DNA from: Candidatus Thermofontivivens primus
GTDB lineage: Bacteria; Sysuimicrobiota; Sysuimicrobiia; Sysuimicrobiales; Thermofontiviventaceae
Length of the DNA stretch: 64,000 nt
NCBI GenBank assembly: GCA_031458695.1
Contig: JAVKJW010000002.1
Span: 96,001 to 160,000, forward strand
Direction: 5' to 3'
Shown here: one piece after another, positions 1 through 9,837 of the stretch
Position numbering within the stretch: position 1 is the first letter of the stretch
Layout: each line of letters opens with the position of its first letter
Made by a program: the position numbers and the translations under genes
The notes under the pieces: model-generated
Told to the model about the DNA's origin: nothing
The model's input: the letters and a program-made list of their open reading frames with translations, nothing else
The model's database searches: none

Positions 1-1035
1 CGGAAGGGTCACCCACCCCTTCTCCGGACGTGGGGGGTTCTGGAAGATCGTCTCACCGACGTACCACATGAGCAGGTGAAACTCTACCCTCCAGCCGTTT
101 GAGACTCCTGCGATCAAATGCATGTTATGATGAGGCCAGCCGCCTCCGTTGGCTACGGGAAGGTTATACGCCTGGGCCATGTGGGCTACTTTCAAGGCTT
201 CGGTGTACCCTCCCACATAGACGACGTTGGGCTGGACGATATCCACTGCGCCACTTGCGATGAGCTCGCGGTGCCGCCAGCGGTGCCCTTCGTTCTGCCC
301 AGCCGCGATCGGGATGCGGGTAACCTGTCGCAGTTGTGCGAGGAGGCGTGCATCGTTCGCGTACAGGGGCTCCTCGAACCACGCGATCCCGTAGGGCTCG
401 ATCCGCTGGGCGAGCTCCTTGGCTTCCAGGAAGTTGAAGAGGTGGTTGGCGTCCACCATGAGTTCGACATCTGGTCCCACTGCCTCGCGCACAGCTCGGA
501 CCCTGGCAGCATCCTCGCCGACATCCTTCCTTCCGTTCCGTTCAAACGCAACGACCATCTTCAATTTGTCATGACCTTCCTGGACGAATCTCCTCGCCAC
601 CTCCACGAGCTCCTCGCGGCTGTATTCCAGGAGGCCAAAGGTGATGTAAGCGGGAACAGTCCGGGCGTTCCCTCCGAGAAGCCTGTAGACAGGTTGGTTG
701 AGGTACTTTCCCTTGATATCCCACAGGGCAATGTCAATTGCGCTGATCCCGTACTGGACAACGCCCGACATCCCCCTCTGGTTGAAGTTCCAGTACATTT
801 CATGCCAGAGCCTTTCCGTGGAGAGGGGATCCTTCCCTATAAGAAAAGGGCCCAGCTCGCGGTTGATGAACTCCCTAGTGGAAAATCGAAGGATCCCTCC
901 CGTCATCCCGACCCCTGTGATCCCCTCATCGGTCTCTACCCGGACGAGGACAACGGGGCGTGGGAACTTTCGGTCCAGCAGAGGGACCTGCACCATGACG
1001 TCATGGACCGTCGCTGTGACCTTCACGATCTTCAA
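1..1035 (-). CDS. Mandelate racemase/muconate lactonizing enzyme (enolase superfamily) protein, 3' end outside window
   Basis: Not in ORF track (no stop in window). Read by hand: AGGAGG then TTG at 1035, MKIVKVTATVHDV...VRVETDEGITGVG...ISAIDIALWDIKGKYLNQPVYRLLGG...NGWRVEFH; same frame at position 1. Confidence 0.9.
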   Translation of the reverse strand, partial: MKIVKVTATVHDVMVQVPLLDRKFPRPVVLVRVETDEGITGVGMTGGILRFSTREFINRELGPFLIGKDPLSTERLWHEMYWNFNQRGMSGVVQYGISAIDIALWDIKGKYLNQPVYRLLGGNARTVPAYITFGLLEYSREELVEVARRFVQEGHDKLKMVVAFERNGRKDVGEDAARVRAVREAVGPDVELMVDANHLFNFLEAKELAQRIEPYGIAWFEEPLYANDARLLAQLRQVTRIPIAAGQNEGHRWRHRELIASGAVDIVQPNVVYVGGYTEALKVAHMAQAYNLPVANGGGWPHHNMHLIAGVSNGWRVEFHLLMWYVGETIFQNPPRPEKGWVTLP

Positions 1036-1207
1036 CGAGGTTCACCTCCTTGCAGGATTGAGCCTCCCCCAGATCCCGTGCTGGATCTTGGTTAGAGTGC
1101 CAAATAACCCAGCACACTGGCTTCCCACAGAATGCAGAGCATCTTGTGGAATAGCGAAAGCCGTGTCCTAGAGAAAATCTCCTCCACAAATGTTCATCTA
1201 AAGCACC

Positions 1208-2728
1208 TTACGTGCGCGGGATCATCGAAGCCTTCCGCGCCAAAGAGAGTCCCTTCACACCCCGGTACAGCAGAGGAAACAGTGTAACCAAAGACAGTGC
1301 CAGAAGGCTTGCGGAGATAGGCCGGGTGAGGAAGATCAAAGGACTCCCCTGAGACATCAACAGGGACTGGCGTAAGGACATCTCCAGGATCTCGCCAAGA
1401 ACGAGCGCGAGTAGCAAGGGGGCGGCAGGATACTCGAGCTTCTTCATGAAGAAACCTACGAGTCCAAAGAAGAGCATCAACCAGACGTCAAAGAGGCTGT
1501 TGTCGATACTGTACACCCCTACCACGGAGAAGGCGATGACAAACGCATTGAGAATCGCACGGGGCAGCCTTAATACGCTCGTGAATGCCGGGATGAACAT
1601 CGTGTTCATAGCCAGGAGGAGGAGGTTCCCAAGAAACATGCTCGCGATGAGCCCCCACACGAATTGGGGGTTCTGCTGGAAGAGGAGGGGACCTGGCCGG
1701 AGCCCGTACATCAATAACGCTCCCATCATCACGGCAGTGGTGGCCGAGCCTGGGATCCCCAGGGTGATCAGAGGGATCAGCGCCCCCACCGCGGCCGCAT
1801 TGTTGCTCGACTCTGGTCCGGCTACGCCTTCGATGGCACCCCTGCCGAACCGCTCTGGAGTTTGAGAGAGTCGTTTTTCCACGGCATAGGAGATCATAGA
1901 GGCTGTCGTTGCACCTGCGCCGGGCAGGATCCCGACAAAGAAGCCAATCAGGGTCCCGCGGAGGATTGCCCAGCGGGACATCACCCAGTCTTGGATGGTA
2001 GGGAAGAGGTTGCGCAAGCGGAGGTCGGCCTTCACAAACTCTGCCTCCTCCTTCTCCTCCACGCTGGAAAGGACTTCTGCGATTCCAAAAAGTCCCATGG
2101 CCACAGGGACGAACTCTACACCGCTGAGGAGCTTCAATTGGCCGAACGTGAACCGCGGGAGCCCCGTAAGGATATCCACTCCTACAATGGAGAGGAACAG
2201 GCCAAGCAGCAGGGAGATGAACCCTTTGAGGGGTGATCGGCCGGTGAGACCGATGACCAAGGTGAACGCCAGTACCATCAGGGCAAAGTACTCCGGTGGG
2301 CCAAAGTGTAACGCTGCTTTGACCAGCCACCAGGCGAAGAAACTGAAGAGGATCACGCTGCTGATCCCGGCAATAAACGAGCCAATTGCAGCGATCCCAA
2401 GAGCAGCGCCAGCACGCCCTTGAAGGGCGAGCTGGTACCCATCGAGGGTAGTCATGACAGAGGAGGCTTCGCCCGGGACGTTGATCAACACCGATGTGAT
2501 CGTCCCCCCATACATCGCCCCATAATAGATCCCGGCGAACATGATCATCGCCGATGTCGGGTCCATGCCGAAAGTCAGAGGAAGGAGAAGCGCCACTCCC
2601 GCAGGTGGGCCAATTCCCGGGAGGACCCCGATCAACTGACCCACCGTCACCCCCACGAGCGCGAACAAGATGTTCGCGGGTGTGAAGGCTACGGCAAATC
2701 CTTGTGCGAGACCAGAGAGGATTTCCAT
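1208..2728 (-). CDS. tctA: Tripartite tricarboxylate transporter large permease TctA
   Basis: IYYGAMYGG, VPGEASSVMTTLDGY, GPESSNNAAA, LGIPGSATTA motifs; start moved to ATG of MEILSG. Confidence 0.95.
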   Translation of the reverse strand: MEILSGLAQGFAVAFTPANILFALVGVTVGQLIGVLPGIGPPAGVALLLPLTFGMDPTSAMIMFAGIYYGAMYGGTITSVLINVPGEASSVMTTLDGYQLALQGRAGAALGIAAIGSFIAGISSVILFSFFAWWLVKAALHFGPPEYFALMVLAFTLVIGLTGRSPLKGFISLLLGLFLSIVGVDILTGLPRFTFGQLKLLSGVEFVPVAMGLFGIAEVLSSVEEKEEAEFVKADLRLRNLFPTIQDWVMSRWAILRGTLIGFFVGILPGAGATTASMISYAVEKRLSQTPERFGRGAIEGVAGPESSNNAAAVGALIPLITLGIPGSATTAVMMGALLMYGLRPGPLLFQQNPQFVWGLIASMFLGNLLLLAMNTMFIPAFTSVLRLPRAILNAFVIAFSVVGVYSIDNSLFDVWLMLFFGLVGFFMKKLEYPAAPLLLALVLGEILEMSLRQSLLMSQGSPLIFLTRPISASLLALSLVTLFPLLYRGVKGLSLARKASMIPRT

Positions 2729-2732
2729 GAGG

Positions 2733-3179
2733 CTACCGGAATACCCCCCGCGGCAATGGGACGCCAAGCCACCGCTCGAACACCAGGTAAAATCCCAAAG
2801 GAACAAGAATCATCAAAAGGAACAGAATCGGCCACCGTCGCATTCCCAGCATCCACACGATCCCGGCCATGAACAGGGCAAGGGAGGGGACCATCCCGAG
2901 GAGCGGGATCACCGCGACCCAGAGGACAGTCATCACCGCCAAACCGACCAACCTGGGGATCGCAGAGGGTTCCACGAGGGAGACCTTTGGGCTTAAAGTC
3001 GTCCATGTCCGGATGAGGTTTGCCGCGGAGGCAATCCCAAGGCCCAGGCCGATCCAGAGCGGCGCAAACCCTGGGCCAGGCACGCCACCGCGCATATAGG
3101 AAAGGTGGAGGGCCCCGACGACCACGTAAATCGAGAAACCTAGCAAGAGGAGACTGATGATAGCATCCGCAGTGCGCAC
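2733..3179 (-). CDS. tctB: Tripartite tricarboxylate transporter small permease TctB
   Basis: Hydrophobic, PGPGFAP and C-terminal LGVPLPRG motifs; GTG after AGGAGG; lies between tctC and tctA. Confidence 0.9.
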   Translation of the reverse strand: MRTADAIISLLLLGFSIYVVVGALHLSYMRGGVPGPGFAPLWIGLGLGIASAANLIRTWTTLSPKVSLVEPSAIPRLVGLAVMTVLWVAVIPLLGMVPSLALFMAGIVWMLGMRRWPILFLLMILVPLGFYLVFERWLGVPLPRGVFR

Positions 3180-3269
3180 ACTCCACCTCCTGCGAGTTCC
3201 ACCTCGCGCGTAGAAAGGCGATTCATGAAACACCACTGAGAACTCGCAACGGCAGGCTCCTGTGAGAGT

Positions 3270-4238
3270 TTATTTGATCACCCCGAGCTCCGTGAATACC
3301 TTCTTGTACATCTCGTTGATCGCGACGATTGCCTTGCCGAACTCTTCCGAACCCATAGGAGCTGGGACGAGCATGTTCCGGTCCACGTAGTTTTGCTGCC
3401 AGGACTTGCTCTTCGCCATCTTCAATAGGGCTGTCTCCATGATCTTCACAGCATCCCTCGGGACGTCTAGAGGCATGACCACACCCCGGAGCTGCCGGAA
3501 GACGAGGTTGATCCCCAGTTCTTTGAAGGTCGGGACCTCCGGGAGTTGCCGGAGCCGTTTCTCCGCCGCCACTGCCAAGGGCCGGGCGAGCTTTCCCTCG
3601 ATCTGGCCGATGGCCTCTCCCGGGTTTGCCCAGGCGATGGTGACTTGGCGACCAAGGAGAGCTGTCATGACCTCACCGCCGCTGCGGAAGGGAATGAGGT
3701 TGAGCTGGATACCCGTCTCCTTCTGGAAGATGTAGGTCACCACAGCGTCGTCAGAGGTAGCCCCTGTCCCGCCAACTGTGACAAGCTTGGGCGAACGTTT
3801 GGCGACCTCCACCAGATCGCGGAGGCTCTTGATCGCGGAGTTCTGGTTTACCAAGAGCAGGTATGTATCGTAGACAAGCCCGGCCACTGGGGTGAAATGC
3901 TGATAGTTGACAGGCGACTGGCCGAGGAGCGGGGTGGTCCAGAAGCTGGAGCTGACTGTTGCGATGACGTAGGGGTCGCCGCGCTTGCTGGCAACGTAGC
4001 TGTACCCTACCGCTCCGCTTCCTCCTGGTTTGTTCACCACCACGAGGGGCTGTGGGAGGAGCTTCTCCTCCTGGATGACCTTGGCGATGTTCCTGGCGAG
4101 GATATCACTCCCACCTCCTACACCAAAGGGCACAACGAACTCGATGGGTTTGGTCGGATAAGCCAGCTGGCCCCAGGTGGGGACCACAGCGATAGCAAGG
4201 ACGACGAAGAGAGCTCCTACGAGAATACTTGCGCGCAC
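3270..4238 (-). CDS. tctC: Tripartite tricarboxylate transporter substrate-binding protein (TctC/Bug)
   Basis: Signal peptide, YPTKPIEFVVPFGVGGGSD, NKPGGSG, LPEVPTFKELG. Confidence 0.95.
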   Translation of the reverse strand: MRASILVGALFVVLAIAVVPTWGQLAYPTKPIEFVVPFGVGGGSDILARNIAKVIQEEKLLPQPLVVVNKPGGSGAVGYSYVASKRGDPYVIATVSSSFWTTPLLGQSPVNYQHFTPVAGLVYDTYLLLVNQNSAIKSLRDLVEVAKRSPKLVTVGGTGATSDDAVVTYIFQKETGIQLNLIPFRSGGEVMTALLGRQVTIAWANPGEAIGQIEGKLARPLAVAAEKRLRQLPEVPTFKELGINLVFRQLRGVVMPLDVPRDAVKIMETALLKMAKSKSWQQNYVDRNMLVPAPMGSEEFGKAIVAINEMYKKVFTELGVIK

Positions 4239-4277
4239 TGTTCTCCCCCCTTTGAGAGTGTGGTTTCCTGGATTCCC

Positions 4278-4928
4278 TTAAGTTCCTTGCTTGACAGGTG
4301 GCGATGTTTTCTCAGCCATCTGTGCGAACAATCTTTCCGCCCTGAGGTGGTTAAAGACCCCGCAAGGGCATAGACGAGCGCAACGTAAAGCAGCGCGCCG
4401 GGGCGTGGTCTTCCCTCGGCGGATATCCGAGACGAGTTTCTCCACGAGGGCACTAGAGATCATATGATGGCCGCACATCGTGGTGATCTCCAGCACATCT
4501 TCGGGCGGGAGGAGCTCCTTCTTCCCCCACACTCCAAGCGAGAAGTTGATGGTATGAGGAGTCACACCGGCCTGACGGCAGGCGTCCAGGACGTCTTCCA
4601 ACAGCCCGCTGATGATCACGGACATCCCGAGATCCTTTTCCTTCAGAATACGCAGGAACTCAACAACTTGTTGTTTGGAAGTGAACACGCCGCGCACGCG
4701 TGACCTGTCCGTCAGATCTCGCTTGATCTCTTCGGCAGGCCGCGCCAGGACTGATCCGGCTTTGGTATCCCCCCAATTCTCGCAGCCGACCGCCTGTGCC
4801 GCCTCGATGATCTCAAGGCATTTCCTTCGGATATCCACATCATTGATCCCCCGCGACCAGTACATGAGCCAGGGGAAGTCGTCCTGGAGGGATTCAGGAG
4901 TTCCACTGCGATGGAGGGTGTGGGTCAT
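4278..4928 (-). CDS. Hypothetical protein with His/Cys putative metal-binding motifs
   Basis: MTHTLHRSG start after AGGAAGGG; C-terminal TTMCGHH and CPCGVFN; follows the ferredoxin-domain gene. Confidence 0.75.
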   Translation of the reverse strand: MTHTLHRSGTPESLQDDFPWLMYWSRGINDVDIRRKCLEIIEAAQAVGCENWGDTKAGSVLARPAEEIKRDLTDRSRVRGVFTSKQQVVEFLRILKEKDLGMSVIISGLLEDVLDACRQAGVTPHTINFSLGVWGKKELLPPEDVLEITTMCGHHMISSALVEKLVSDIRRGKTTPRRAALRCARLCPCGVFNHLRAERLFAQMAEKTSPPVKQGT

Positions 4929-5027
4929 TGGTGTCCCTTCCTTTCCTACTGAAGAGTTCGCATGTAGCAAAGTTCGGTGGTCTCAGGTTTCGTCGCGGTG
5001 GCGAACCTGCCGTCTGCCAGTCTTGGG

Positions 5028-5756
5028 TTACGCGTCCACGAGCGGCCGCCCCAAGCCCACATTGACCTTACCCCTCATCGGCTTCGGAATCCCATGACGC
5101 ACAAGCTCTTCGAGCGCCGGATGATACCCGCTAGGGTCGACGCGCAGCACCATCCCTACAGAGAAGACGGTATCGATTTGGTGCTGGACTTCCTGAAGGG
5201 CCTTCAAAACCGCCCCCACATCCTCCACCCGGCACGTTCCCTCGATGATGATGGAGAGGAGGTGGACATCCGCAAGTCCTTCCTTCAACCGAGGATCCTG
5301 CAGGTTGTCGAAGATGCTGGCAAGGGGGTTCCGGTGTGGAGGTTCGAGTTCCAGCCCTGCTGCCACTACGGCCCTGGCGACGGTTTCCACGTCGCGCAGG
5401 TACACCCCGATGCCTGGACGGCCCATGTCGATCGTGAAGCCCACCCTGTGACGCGGGTACCTCCCGGTCACATCGTTGGTCTTGCACTCCTCTGTCCCGC
5501 GTCCTGTAATCCCTGTTGCTTCCACTGTTTCGGTGGGATCGCTGAGGACATGTTTGAAGGTATCGCCGAAGGTTTCATAGGGTCCCGGAAGAATGGCGTG
5601 TTTGGGGCAAACTGGATTCCGGTAGCATACTCCGCATTCTGTACACACGCGTCGGTCGATGGAGACCTTCCGCTCATCGGCGGAAATCGCACCGACAGGG
5701 CAGTAGGGGATACAAATGTTACAGCCAGTGCAGCGCTCGAGGACCACAGTGGCCAT
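5028..5756 (-). CDS. 2x[4Fe-4S] ferredoxin-domain protein with uncharacterised C-terminal domain
   Basis: CTGCNICIPYCP and CTECGVCYRNPVCP; GRGTEECKTNDVTGR; ATG overlaps gntR stop (TAATG). Confidence 0.85.
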   Translation of the reverse strand: MATVVLERCTGCNICIPYCPVGAISADERKVSIDRRVCTECGVCYRNPVCPKHAILPGPYETFGDTFKHVLSDPTETVEATGITGRGTEECKTNDVTGRYPRHRVGFTIDMGRPGIGVYLRDVETVARAVVAAGLELEPPHRNPLASIFDNLQDPRLKEGLADVHLLSIIIEGTCRVEDVGAVLKALQEVQHQIDTVFSVGMVLRVDPSGYHPALEELVRHGIPKPMRGKVNVGLGRPLVDA

Positions 5757-6442
5757 TAGATCTTTGCCTCCTTGGTGAGCGTTGTCAGTTGCTTCCACGC
5801 AGCTTCCCTGGCCCGTGCCACATGCGCGCGCATGAGCGCCTCTCCTTCATCGGGCAAACCTCTCTCCACAGCTCTGAGGAGTTGTCGGTGTTCTCTCACA
5901 GATTCCTCCGGCCGCCCCGGGAGGGAGAGAGACTGCACGCGGAGCAGGCCGATACGTGCCCGCAGATTGGACAGCAGGGACTGGAGGAGTTTGTTGCCAC
6001 TCCCCTTGCTGATGGCCTCGTGGAAGGCCCGATTGGTTGCGACCAGCGCGCGGAGGCTTCCACGTTCAAGCGCCCTCTCACCTGCCTCGACAGCTTTCCG
6101 CATCGCCTGGATCGCCTGGATGTCCTGCCGCGTTGCCAATAACCGGATGGCTAGGCCTTCCAGGACCGCGCGCACCTGGAAGACTTCCTCGACATCCTCC
6201 GGACTGAGGACGGTCACGATAGGGCCTTTGTAGGGGATGGTCGTGATCAGGCCTTCCTGCTCGAGCTTGCGAATTGCCTCGCGGATGGGGGTGCGACTGA
6301 TGCCCATTTTCTTGCACAGCTCCCGTTCGATGAGGCGGTCGCCTGGCTTGAAATATCCGGATAGGATCGCGTTTCGGAGCTTCTCGAGCGCGAGGTCGCG
6401 GACAGGGACGTTTTCAGTAATGAGCAGGTTAAATGCAGACAT
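5756..6442 (-). CDS. GntR family (FCD domain) transcriptional regulator
   Basis: wHTH PGDRLIERELCKKMGISRTPIREA; FCD NRAFHEAI...EHRQL. Confidence 0.95.
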   Translation of the reverse strand: MSAFNLLITENVPVRDLALEKLRNAILSGYFKPGDRLIERELCKKMGISRTPIREAIRKLEQEGLITTIPYKGPIVTVLSPEDVEEVFQVRAVLEGLAIRLLATRQDIQAIQAMRKAVEAGERALERGSLRALVATNRAFHEAISKGSGNKLLQSLLSNLRARIGLLRVQSLSLPGRPEESVREHRQLLRAVERGLPDEGEALMRAHVARAREAAWKQLTTLTKEAKI

Positions 6443-6454
6443 GGCCTATGGACT

Positions 6455-6483
6455 ATTGTATACCAAATACCTTCCCCCGTCAA
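6455..6483 (-). promoter_or_regulatory. Sigma70-type promoter of gntR operon with overlapping GntR-type operator
   Basis: Minus strand TTGACG-N17-TACAAT; near-palindrome TGGTATACAA overlaps the -10. Confidence 0.7.
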
Positions 6484-6504
6484 CATCCCATTCTTCCTCA
6501 GGAT

Positions 6505-7395
6505 TCACCCCCTGAGAGCTCCTGCGAGGAGACCCCGGAGGAAATACCGGCCGAGGAGGATGTATACGAGGAGCGTGGGGAGCGCAGCAAGGAGAGCCCC
6601 TGCCATCTGCACGTTCCACTCGACGATCTGGCTCCCTGCCAGGTTCTGGAGGGCAACTGTGATGGGCTGTTGTGCGGGATTGCTGGTGATCGTTACGGCG
6701 AACAGGAACTCGTTCCAGATAGAGGTGAACTGCCAGATGACGACCACCACGAACGCGGGCGCAGAGAGCGGGAGAATGACGTGACGGTACACGCCGAAGA
6801 ACCCTGCCCCGTCCATACGCGCTGCTTCTACGAGGTCGTTGGGGATGGAGGCATAGTAGTTCCGGAAGATCAGGGTTGTGATCGGGATCCCGTAGACGAT
6901 GTGGACCAGCACGAGCCCCGTGATTGTCCCGTAGAGCTGAACAGGCAGATACTGGCCGGCCCAGCGGAGGAACTGGACAAGCGGGATCAGGATGCTCTGG
7001 TAAGGGATGAACATCCCAAAGAGCAACAACGGGAAGAGGACCTCTGATCCCCGAAACTTCCATTTTGCCAAGATATAGCCGTTGAGAGAGCCCAGGAACG
7101 AAGAGAAGAGCGTTGCTGGCACGACGAGGGAGACGCTGTTGAGGAAGTTGGGTGAGAGCTTGTCGAACGCTTTCTCGAAAGAGCGCAACGAGAGCGCAGA
7201 GGGGGGTGCCCACATCTTGCTGAGGCTGACCTCTTGGAAGGATTTGAGGCCGTTCACCACGAGGACATATACGGGCATTAGGTAAAAGAGGGCAAAAGCT
7301 ACCAGGACGATGTAGATCACAATGCGTCCCCAGCGGAGTCTCATTCGGTGTCCCCGCGCTACTCTCTGGACCGCTGGAGCTTCCAGGGATCTCAT
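6505..7395 (-). CDS. Carbohydrate ABC transporter permease (MalG-like)
   Basis: EAA loop [20 protein letters not shown]. Confidence 0.95.
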   Translation of the reverse strand: MRSLEAPAVQRVARGHRMRLRWGRIVIYIVLVAFALFYLMPVYVLVVNGLKSFQEVSLSKMWAPPSALSLRSFEKAFDKLSPNFLNSVSLVVPATLFSSFLGSLNGYILAKWKFRGSEVLFPLLLFGMFIPYQSILIPLVQFLRWAGQYLPVQLYGTITGLVLVHIVYGIPITTLIFRNYYASIPNDLVEAARMDGAGFFGVYRHVILPLSAPAFVVVVIWQFTSIWNEFLFAVTITSNPAQQPITVALQNLAGSQIVEWNVQMAGALLAALPTLLVYILLGRYFLRGLLAGALRG

Positions 7396-8273
7396 GGCCC
7401 CGCCTCCGTTCGCATCGTGTACCAGAGGTAGGGGACGATCAGGATGGCCACAAGCAGGAGCATGATCATGGAGATCGCTGCTCCCTCAGCGAACCGGTTC
7501 CCCCGGAATGTGGTCTCAAACATGAACACCCCTGGGACATCGGTGGAGAATGCCGGGCCGCTTCCCGTCATGGCATAGACCAAATCGAAGATCTTGAGGG
7601 AGATATGTCCCAGGACGATCACCGCGCTTAAGGTGACAGGGTGGAGAAGGGGGAGGATGACGTAGCGGTAGACCTGCCACTCGCTGGCTCCATCCACCCG
7701 TGCCGCCTCCAGGAGCTCATCCGGTACCCCTCTGAGGCCGGCGAGATACATCGCCATCGTGAACCCCGACATCTGCCAAACGGCAGCCAGGACCACCGAG
7801 AAGATCGCAATGGACGGATCCGTGTACCACCTGGACTTTAGGAAGCCCAGCCCAACCTGATCGAAGAGCAGGTTCACCCCTGTGCTGGGGTTGAGGAGCC
7901 ATTGCCAAGTTACTCCCGTGACAATGAAGGAAATGGCCATGGGGAACAGGAAGATGTTGCGGAACACCGCCTCCCCGCGCACGCGCTGGTCCAGGAGCAC
8001 GGCGAGGAGGAGCCCGATGCCCAGGCTTGCGGCAAGGAACGTGAACGTGAAGATGAGAGTGTTGCGCAGGTCCGCCTGGAAGCGGAATGAACGCATGAGC
8101 GCCAGATAGTTGGTCAACCCTGCGAAGGAGAGGTCGGGGACGAAGGTGTTCCAGTTGCTGAGGGAGACATATGCCGTCCAGCCGATGAACCCGTAAACGA
8201 AGATCCCCACCGCGACGAGGGAGGGGAGAAGAAGGGCGATGGCAATGAGGCGATCCAAGGAGATCCGCAGCAT
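7392..8273 (-). CDS. Carbohydrate ABC transporter permease (MalF-like)
   Basis: [12 protein letters not shown]; multiple TM segments. Confidence 0.95.
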   Translation of the reverse strand: MLRISLDRLIAIALLLPSLVAVGIFVYGFIGWTAYVSLSNWNTFVPDLSFAGLTNYLALMRSFRFQADLRNTLIFTFTFLAASLGIGLLLAVLLDQRVRGEAVFRNIFLFPMAISFIVTGVTWQWLLNPSTGVNLLFDQVGLGFLKSRWYTDPSIAIFSVVLAAVWQMSGFTMAMYLAGLRGVPDELLEAARVDGASEWQVYRYVILPLLHPVTLSAVIVLGHISLKIFDLVYAMTGSGPAFSTDVPGVFMFETTFRGNRFAEGAAISMIMLLLVAILIVPYLWYTMRTEAGP

Positions 8274-8287
8274 GTGTCTACACACTG

Positions 8288-8317
8288 GGAGGGATGGGCG
8301 GACCCGCCCATCCCTCC
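8288..8317. terminator. Intercistronic stem-loop between SBP and permease genes
   Basis: GGAGGGATGGGCGG-AC-CCGCCCATCCCTCC, perfect 14-bp arms; partial terminator or mRNA stabiliser. Confidence 0.6.
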
Positions 8318-8368
8318 TTCACCAGCCTACAGATTCATCCCAGAGACCAGACCTTGTCGACCCCCAGC

Positions 8369-9634
8369 TCACTTGCACATTTTGGCCCGCACGCATGCCT
8401 CCTGCAGGGCCTTCTGCGCGGCACCCACGTCGCGGCGGGTTACGAAGACGTTCAGGATGTCGTTGAACTCAGTGGCGAAGGTCTCTGGCGCAGCCGAGCC
8501 ATGGACCTCGCTGGGCACAAGCTTGTCCCTGGCGAAGTCGGCCATGGAGGACTGCAAGTAGACGTCGAACTTCGCCTTGTCGCAATCTGTCCTGGCGCAG
8601 ATGGAACCCTTCTTCGGGTTGAAGGCCTCCTGCCCCTCCTTCGACCCCACGACGCGGAGCCAGTTCAACGCCTGCTCGCGGTGCGGTGCTTTCTTGGGAA
8701 GGCCGAATGTGTCGGTGACGATGACGAATGATCCTTTCGTGCCGGGTGCTGGCAGGAATCCATAGTCCACATTTGGTTTCCAACCCTTGGCAGTGAAGTA
8801 CCCAGCCACCCAGTCCCCCATCACGTTCATTGCTGCCTTGCCGTCGATGAGCATCTGAGCTGCCTGGTCCCACACGAGTGCCGCATGATCGCTATTCACA
8901 TACTGGAGGGCCTTGGCGAACGTCTCCAGGGCTCTCTTCACGCCGCTCCCCGTCCACGATGTCTTGCCGGTCCAGAGGCCATTGTATCCTTCGGGGCCGA
9001 GCGTCGCCAGGAGGATATCCTCGAACAGGTGGGCGGCCTCCCACTTAAGCTTGTCTCCAAGGGACAGCGGGGTGATGCCCTTCCCTTTCAGCGTCTCTGC
9101 CACCTTGAAGAAATCATCCCACGTTGCGGGGGGCTTAAGGTTGTTCTGGTCAAAGATCCGCTTGTTGTACCAGAGGACGTTCCCCCGATGGACGTTTGCG
9201 GGGATAGCGTAGACCTGTCCCTGGTAGCTGACCATCTCCACAAGATCCTTCGGGATGACCTTTAGCCACCCCTCGGTCTGGGCTAAGGAGGTGATGGGTT
9301 CCATGAACCCTGTCTTCACCCACGTCTCGATGAGCTCGGCGCCTCCGTGGACCTGGAAGGAGTCCGGCGGGTTTCCACCCTGCATTCGTGTTTTCAACAC
9401 GGCTTTGGCAGCAGCGCCGGCCCCGCCTGCGACGGCGGCGTTCATGATCTCGACGTCCGGGTATTTCTTCTTGTACACGGAGAACAACGCGTTGAGGCCT
9501 TCCGCCTCCCCACCGGCGGTCCACCACGAGAAGATCTCCAGCTGCTTGGCTGCCCCGGCCTGAAGAGCCTCCACGCCGGAAAGCCAGAGCAGGAGCGCGG
9601 TAACCAGCAAGGGAATGCAGATTCTCCTCGACAT
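8369..9634 (-). CDS. Carbohydrate ABC transporter substrate-binding protein (glucose/mannose-binding type)
   Basis: LEIFSWWTAGGEAEGL, PPDSFQVHGG, PANVHRGN, MGDWVAGYF; signal peptide from MSRRIC. Confidence 0.9.
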   Translation of the reverse strand: MSRRICIPLLVTALLLWLSGVEALQAGAAKQLEIFSWWTAGGEAEGLNALFSVYKKKYPDVEIMNAAVAGGAGAAAKAVLKTRMQGGNPPDSFQVHGGAELIETWVKTGFMEPITSLAQTEGWLKVIPKDLVEMVSYQGQVYAIPANVHRGNVLWYNKRIFDQNNLKPPATWDDFFKVAETLKGKGITPLSLGDKLKWEAAHLFEDILLATLGPEGYNGLWTGKTSWTGSGVKRALETFAKALQYVNSDHAALVWDQAAQMLIDGKAAMNVMGDWVAGYFTAKGWKPNVDYGFLPAPGTKGSFVIVTDTFGLPKKAPHREQALNWLRVVGSKEGQEAFNPKKGSICARTDCDKAKFDVYLQSSMADFARDKLVPSEVHGSAAPETFATEFNDILNVFVTRRDVGAAQKALQEACVRAKMCK

Positions 9635-9837
9635 GTTCTCTCCCCCTTTCCCCGCCCCTTCACCTATGGCGGGGGCAATGCTCACTTCCACAGGGAGAGA
9701 GATCTTCCCTTCTCTGAGGCAGGGAAGGCTAGGAATGGTTCAGGTCGCCCCCCGGCGAATTCGGATTCTTGAAGGGCCTCGCGAGAACCCGGTCGGGGCA
9801 ATTATGGTAAATTATGGACCGCCTGGAGGGATCCAAG

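Noticed and set aside
118..1095. 325-aa plus-strand ORF
   Set aside because: Antisense shadow of the enolase-superfamily gene; no recognisable motifs
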